Below, in pieces: positions 57,701 to 64,000 of a stretch of DNA of 64,000 nucleotides. This DNA comes from Eledone cirrhosa (taxonomy: Eukaryota). How positions within the stretch are numbered: position 1 is the first letter of the stretch; each line of letters begins with the position of its first letter. Made by a program: the position numbers and the translations under genes. A model generated the notes under the pieces. The model was not told the DNA's origin and did no database searches. It saw only the letters and a list, made by a program, of their open reading frames with translations. The DNA is taken from the NCBI GenBank assembly GCA_964016885.1, contig OZ024743.1, positions 206,026,001 to 206,090,000 of the forward strand, in the 5' to 3' direction.

Positions 57701-60700
57701 GGAGACTGGAATTTATCTCCCCTTGGACGGCTGGAAATTATCTCCCCTTGGACGGCTAGAAATTACCTCTCCTTGGACGGCTGGAAATTATCTCCCCTTG
57801 AACGGCTGGAAATTATCTCCCCTTGGACGGCTGGAAATTATCTCCCCTTGGACGGCTGGAAATTACCTCTCCTTGGACGGCTGGAAATTATCTCCCCTTG
57901 GACGGCTGGAAATTATCTCCCCTTGGACGGCTGGAAATTATTTCCCCTTGATTTTTTTTACAAATTATCTCCCCCTGATTTATTTTACAAATTATCTCCG
58001 CCTGATTTTTTTAAATATTATCTTCCCTTGGCTGGCGGGAAATTATCTCCCCTTGGACGGCTGGAAACTATCTCCCCTTGGACAGCTGGAAATTATCTGC
58101 CCTTGATTTTGTTTTTACAAATTATCTCCCCCTGATTTTTTTTACAAATTATCTCCACCTGATTTTTTAAAAAATTATCTCCTCTTGGACGGCTGGAAAT
58201 TATCTCCCGTTGGCTGCAAATTATCTCCCCTTGGACGGCTAGAAATTACCTCTCTTTGGACGGCTGGAAATTATCTCCCCTTGATTTTTTTTACAAATTA
58301 TCTCCCCCTGATTTTTTTTACAAATCTCCCAGTGATTTTTAAAAAAAAATTATCTCCCCTTCGCTGGCTGGAAATTATCTCCCCTTGGACGCTGGAAATT
58401 ATAGCCCCTTGGAGGGCTGGAAATTATCTTCCCTTGGACGGCTGGAAATTATCTCCCCTTGATTTTTTTTACATATTATCTCCCCCTGATTTTTTTTTAC
58501 AAATTATCTCCCCGATTTTTTTCTACAAATTATCTCCCCCTGATTTTTTTTTTACAAATTATCTCCGCCTGATTTTTAAAAAAAAATTATCTCCCCTTGG
58601 ACGGCTGGAAATTATCTCCCCTTGGACGGCTGGAAATTATCTCCCCTAGGACGGCTAGAAATTACCTCTCCTTGGACGGCTGAAAATTATCTCCCCTTGG
58701 ACGGCTGGAAATTATCTCCCCTTGATTTTTTTACAAATTATCTCCCTCTGATTTTTTTTTACAAATTATCTCCCCCTGATTTTTTTTTACAAATTATCTC
58801 CCCCTGATTTTTTTTTACAAATTATCTCCCCCTGATTTTTTTACAAATTATCTCCCCTTGGCTGGCTGGCAATTATCTCCCCTTGGAGGCTGGAATTTAT
58901 CTCCCCTTGGACGGCTGGAAATTATCTCCCCTTGGACGGCTAGAAATTACCTCTCCTTGTACGGCTGGAAATTATCTCCCCTTGAACGGCTGGAAATTAT
59001 CTCCCCTTGGACGGCTGGAAATTATCTCCCCTTGGACGGCTGGAAATTACCTCTCCTTGGACGGCTGGAAATTATCTCCCCTTGGACGGCTGGAAATTAT
59101 CTCCCCTTGGACACTGGAAATTATTTCCCCTTGATTTTTTTTACAAATTATCTCCCCCTGATTTTTTTTACAAATCTCCCCCTAATTTAAAAAAAAATTA
59201 TCTCCCCTTCGCTGGCTGGAAATTATCTCCCTTTGGACGGCTTGAAATTATAGCTGCTTGTAGGGCTGGAAATTATCTCCCCTTGGACGGCTGGAAATTA
59301 CCTTTCCTTCGACGGCTGAAAATTATCTCCCCTTGGACGGCTGGAAATTATCTCCCCCTGATTTTTTTTTACAAATTATCTCCGCCTGATTTTTTTTTAA
59401 AAATTATCTCCCCTTGGCTGGATGGAAATTTTCTCCCCTTGGACGGCTGGAAATTATCTCCCCTTTATGTTTTCTACAAATTATCTACCCCTGATTTTTT
59501 TTTTACGAATTATCTCTCCCTGATTTTTTTTACAAATATCTCCCCTTGGCTGGCTGGAAATTATCTCCCCTTGGCTGGCTGGAAATTATCTCCCCTTGGA
59601 CGGCTGGAAATTATCTCCCCTTGGACGCCTAGAAATCACCTCTACTTGGACAGCTGTAAATTATCTCCCCTTGGACGGCTGGAAATTATCTCGCCTTGGA
59701 CGGCTGGAAATTATCTCCCCTTGATTTTGTATACAAATTATCTCCCCCTGATTTTTTTTTACAAATTAACTGCCCCTGATTATTTTTTTACAAATTAGCT
59801 CCGCCTGATTTTTTTTTTAAATTATCTCCCCTTGGACGGCTGGAAATTATCTCCCCTTGGACGGCTGGAAATTATCTCCCCTTGAACGGCTAGAAATTAC
59901 CTCTCCTTGGACGGCTGAAAATTATCTCCCCTTGGACGGCTGGAAATTATCTCCCCTTGATTTTTTTACAAATTATCTCCCCCTGATTTTTTTTTTACAA
60001 ATTATCTCCGCCTGATTTTTTTTTAAAATTATCTCCCCTTGGACGGCTGGAAATTATCTCCCCTTGGACGGCTGGAAATTATCTCCCCCTGATTTTTTTT
60101 TTACAAATTATCTACCCCTGATTTTTTTTTCAAATTATCTCCCCCTGATTTTTTTTACAAATTATCTCCCCCTGATTTTTTCTTACAAATTATCTCCCCC
60201 CGATTTTTTTACAAATTATCTCCCCCTGATTTTTTTTACAAATTATCTCCGCCTGATTTTTTTTAATATTATCTTCCCTTGGCTGGCGGGAAATTATCTC
60301 CCCTTGGACGGCTGGAAATTATCTCCCCTTGGAAGGATGGAAATTATCTCCCCTTGGACGGCTGGAAATTATCTCCCCTTGCACTGCTGGAAATTATCTC
60401 CCCTTGGACGGCTGGAATATATCTGCCCTTGATTTTGTTTTTACAAATTATCTTCCCCTGATTTTTTTACAAATTATCTCCACCTGATTTTTTTTTACAA
60501 ATTATCTCCCCCTGATTTTTTTTTACAAATTATCTCCCCCTGATTTTTTTACAAATTATCTCCCCTTGGCTGGCTGGCAATTATCTCCCCTTGGAGGCTG
60601 GAATTTATCTCCCCTTGGACGGCTGGAAATTATCTCCCCTTGGACGGCTAGAAATTACCTCTCCTTGTACGGCTGGAAATTATCTCCCCTTGAACGGCTG

Positions 60701-63700
60701 GAAATTATCTCCCCTTGGACGGCTGGAAATTATCTCCCCTTGGACGGCTGGAAATTACCTCTCCTTGGACGGCTGGAAATTATCTCCCCTTGGACGGCTG
60801 GAAATTATCTCCCCTTGGACGGCTGGAAATTATTTCCCCTTGATTTTTTTTACAAATTATCTCCCCCTGATTTTTTTTACAAATTATCTCCGCCTGATTT
60901 TTTAAAATATTATCTTCCCTTGGCTGGCGGGAAATTATCTCCCCTTGGACGCCTGGAAATTATCTCCCCTTGGAAGGATGGAAATTATCTCCCCTTGGAC
61001 GGCTGGAAATTATCTCCCCTTGCACTGCTGGAAATTATCTCCCCTTGGACGGCTGGAAATTATCTGCCCTTGATTTTGTTTTTACAAATTATCTTCCCCT
61101 GATTTTTTTTACAAATTATCTCCACCTGATTTTTAAAAAAATTATCTCCCCTTGGCTGGAAATTTTCTCCCCTTGGACGATTAGAAATTATCTCTCTTTG
61201 GACGGCTGGAAATTATCTCCCCTTGATTTTTTTTACAAATTATCTCCCCCTGATTTTTTTTACAAATCTCCCAGTGATTTTTTAAAAAAAATTATCTCCC
61301 CTTCGCTGGCTGGAAATTATCTCCCCTTGGACGCTGGAAATTATAGCCCCTTGGAAGGCTGGAAGTTATCTTCCCTTGGAGGGCTGGAAATTATCTTCCC
61401 TTGGACGGCTGGAAATTATCTCCCCTTGATTTTTTTTACAAATTATCTCCCCCTGATTTTTTTTTACAAATTATCTCCCCCTGATTTTTTTTTACAAATT
61501 ATCTCCTGATTTTTTTTACAAATTATCTCCCCTTGGCTGGCTGGAAATTATCTCCCCTTGGAGGCTGGAATTTATCTCCCCTTGGACGGCTAGAAATTAC
61601 CTCTCCTTGGACGGCTGAAAATTATCTCCCCTTGATTTTTTTTACGAATTATCTCCCCCTGATTTTTTTTTTACAAATTATCTCCCCCTGATTTATTTTA
61701 CAAATTATCTCCGCCTGATTTTTTTAAATATTATCTTCCCTTGGCTGGCGGGAAATTATCTCCCCTTGGACGGCTGGAAACTATCTCCCCTTGGACAGCT
61801 GGAAATTATCTGCCCTTGATTTTGTTTTTACAAATTATCTCCCCCTGATTTTTTTTACAAATTATCTCCACCTGATTTTTTAAAAAATTATCTCCTCTTG
61901 GACGGCTGGAAATTATCTCCCCTTGGCTGGAAATTATCTCCCCTTGGACGGCTAGAAATTATCTCTCTTTGGACGGCTGGAAATTATCTCCCTTTGATTT
62001 TTTTTACAAATTATCTCCCTCTGATTTTTTTTACAAATCTCCCCTTGATTTTTTAAAAAAATTATCTCCCCTTCGCTGGCTGGAAATTATCTCCCCTTGG
62101 ACGGCTGGAAATTATCTCCCCTTGGACGGCTGGAAATTATCTCCCCTAGGACGGCTAGAAATTACCTCTCCTTGGACGGCTGAAAATTATCTCCCCTTGG
62201 ACGGCTGGAAATTATCTCCCCTTGATTTTTTTACAAATTATCTCCCTCTGATTTTTTTTTACAAATTATCTCCCCCTGATTTTTTTTTACAAATTATCTC
62301 CCCCTGATTTTTTTTTACAAATTATCTCCCCCTGATTTTTTTACAAATTATCTCCCCTTGGCTGGCTGGCAATTATCTCCCCTTGGAGGCTGGAATTTAT
62401 CTCCCCTTGGACGGCTGGAAATTATCTCCCCTTGGACGGCTAGAAATTACCTCTCCTTGTACGGCTGGAAATTATCTCCCCTTGAACGGCTGGAAATTAT
62501 CTCCCCTTGGACGGCTGGAAATTATCTCCCCTTGGACGGCTGGAAATTACCTCTCCTTGGACGGCTGGAAATTATCTCCCCTTGGACGGCTGGAAATTAT
62601 CTCCCCTTGGACACTGGAAATTATTTCCCCTTGATTTTTTTTACAAATTATCTCCCCCTGATTTTTTTTACAAATCTCCCCCTAATTTTAAAAAAAATTA
62701 ACTCCCCTTCGCTGGCTGGAAATTATCTCCCTTTGGACGGCTTGAAATTATAGCTGCTTGTAGGGCTGGAAATTATCTCCCCTTGGACGGCTGGAAATTA
62801 CCTTTCCTTCGACGGCTGAAAATTATCTCCCCTTGGACGGCTGGAAATTATCTCCCCCTGATTTTTTTTTACAAATTATCTCCGCCTGATTTTTTTTTAA
62901 AAATTATCTCCCCTTGGCTGGATGGAAATTTTCTCCCCTTGGACGGCTGGAAATTATCTCCCCTTTATGTTTTCTACAAATTATCTACCCCTGATTTTTT
63001 TTTTACGAATTATCTCTCCCTGATTTTTTTTACAAATATCTCCCCTTGGCTGGCTGGAAATTATCTCCCCTTGGCTGGCTGGAAATTATCTCCCCTTGGA
63101 CGGCTGGAAATTATCTCCCCTTGGACGCCTAGAAATCACCTCTACTTGGACAGCTGTAAATTATCTCCCCTTGGACGGCTGGAAATTATCTCGCCTTGGA
63201 CGGCTGGAAATTATCTCCCCTTGATTTTGTATACAAATTATCTCCCCCTGATTTTTTTTTACAAATTAACTGCCCCTGATTATTTTTTTACAAATTAGCT
63301 CCGCCTGATTTTTTTTTAAAATTATCTCCCCTTGGACGGCTGGAAATTATCTCCCCTTGGACGGCTGGAAATTATCTCCCCTTGAACGGCTAGAAATTAC
63401 CTCTCCTTGGACGGCTGAAAATTATCTCCCCTTGGACGGCTGGAAATTATCTCCCCTTGATTTTTTTACAAATTATCTCCCCCTGATTTTTTTTTTACAA
63501 ATTATCTCCGCCTGATTTTTTTTTCAAATTATCTCCCCTTGGACGGCTGGAAATTATCTCCCCTTGGACGGCTGGAAATTATCTCCCCTTGATTTTTTTT
63601 TCCAAATTATCTCCCCCTGATTTTTTTTTTACAAATTATCTACCCCTGATTTTTTTTTCAAATTATCTCCCCCTGATTTTTTTTACAAATTATCTCCCCC

Positions 63701-64000
63701 TGATTTTTTCTTACAAATTATCTCCCCCCGATTTTTTTACAAATTATCTCCCCCTGATTTTTTTTACAAATTATCTCCGCCTGATTTTTTTTAATATTAT
63801 CTTCCCTTGGCTGGCGGGAAATTATCTCCCCTTGGACGGCTGGAAATTATCTCCCCTTGGAAGGATGGAAATTATCTCCCCTTGGACGGCTGGAAATTAT
63901 CTCCCCTTGCACTGCTGGAAATTATCTCCCCTTGGACGGCTGGAATATATCTGCCCTTGATTTTGTTTTTACAAATTATCTTCCCCTGATTTTTTTACAA
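39745..64000 (+). repeat. ~6.9 kb higher-order repeat: three tandem copies plus an internally deleted ~3.5 kb fourth copy
   Basis: The identical 178-aa ORF marker starts at 39800, 46774, 53722 and 60566 (spacings 6974, 6948, 6844). The private variant ggaatatatctgccc occurs at ~46623, 53571, 60414 and 63942 (spacings 6948, 6843, 3528). Confidence 0.92.

Larger units (their letters stand above)
1..64000 (+). repeat. Composite two-monomer tandem satellite array (A: 25 bp AAATTATCTCCCCTTGGACGGCTGG; B: ~27 bp AAATTATCTCCCCCTGA(T)7-10AC), running off both window ends
   Basis: The core AAATTATCTCCCC or a close variant recurs every ~21-29 bp from base 1 to 64000. Each core is followed by either the GC-rich tail TTGGACGGCTGG or the T-tract tail (C/T)TGA(T)nAC. 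I saw no unique sequence and no inverted monomers. Confidence 0.99.

Noticed and set aside
214-63989. The large set of plus-strand ORFs of 60-313 aa in the ORF track
   Set aside because: They are translations of the satellite. They overlap in all three frames, start mostly at TTG within the monomer, are frameshifted by variable T-tracts and show no recognisable domain.
1-64000. CRISPR-like appearance (constant repeat plus variable spacer)
   Set aside because: The constant part is only ~13-15 bp. The intervening 10-15 bp are two recurring tails and not unique spacers. There is no leader and there are no cas genes.
1-64000. Telomeric repeat array (C-rich strand, 25-bp unit as in some yeasts)
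   Set aside because: Two interspersed monomer types, fixed variants and multi-kb HORs indicate recombinational amplification and not telomerase synthesis. I recognise no match to a known telomere motif.
1-64000. Origin from the internal repeats of a Helitron/MITE-like element, or assignment to a taxon (TTATCTCCC-like motifs are vaguely reminiscent of some invertebrate repeats)
   Set aside because: No termini, target-site duplications or transposase sequence are present, and a short motif resemblance cannot be supported without a database search.
1-64000. Plasmid or phage iteron array or replication origin
   Set aside because: The scale (thousands of units over at least 64 kb) and the absence of any rep gene or unique sequence are incompatible with iterons.
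1-64000. Single-base differences in T-tract length between HOR copies as biological signal
   Set aside because: They cannot be distinguished from homopolymer sequencing or consensus errors without raw reads.

Overview
The whole 64 kb window is one uninterrupted, single-orientation tandem satellite array. I see no credible protein-coding genes, RNA genes, transposons or CRISPR arrays. It is built from two related monomers sharing the core AAATTATCTCCCC: type A (25 bp, AAATTATCTCCCCTTGGACGGCTGG) and type B (~26-29 bp, AAATTATCTCCCCCTGA-T7..10-AC). These alternate as short runs (AnBm), giving about 2,400-2,500 monomers by length arithmetic. Recurrent variant monomers reveal nested higher-order repeats (HORs): a ~13.6-14 kb master unit, ~2.9 kb and 4,093 bp duplications on the left, and a ~6.9 kb unit in three tandem copies plus a deleted 3.5 kb fourth copy on the right. 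All listed ORFs are explained by the stop-free 25-bp monomer. The likely context is eukaryotic (peri)centromeric or heterochromatic satellite DNA, but this is inference and the organism cannot be determined from the window. HOR boundaries were read by eye and from ORF-track offsets, so they are approximate.
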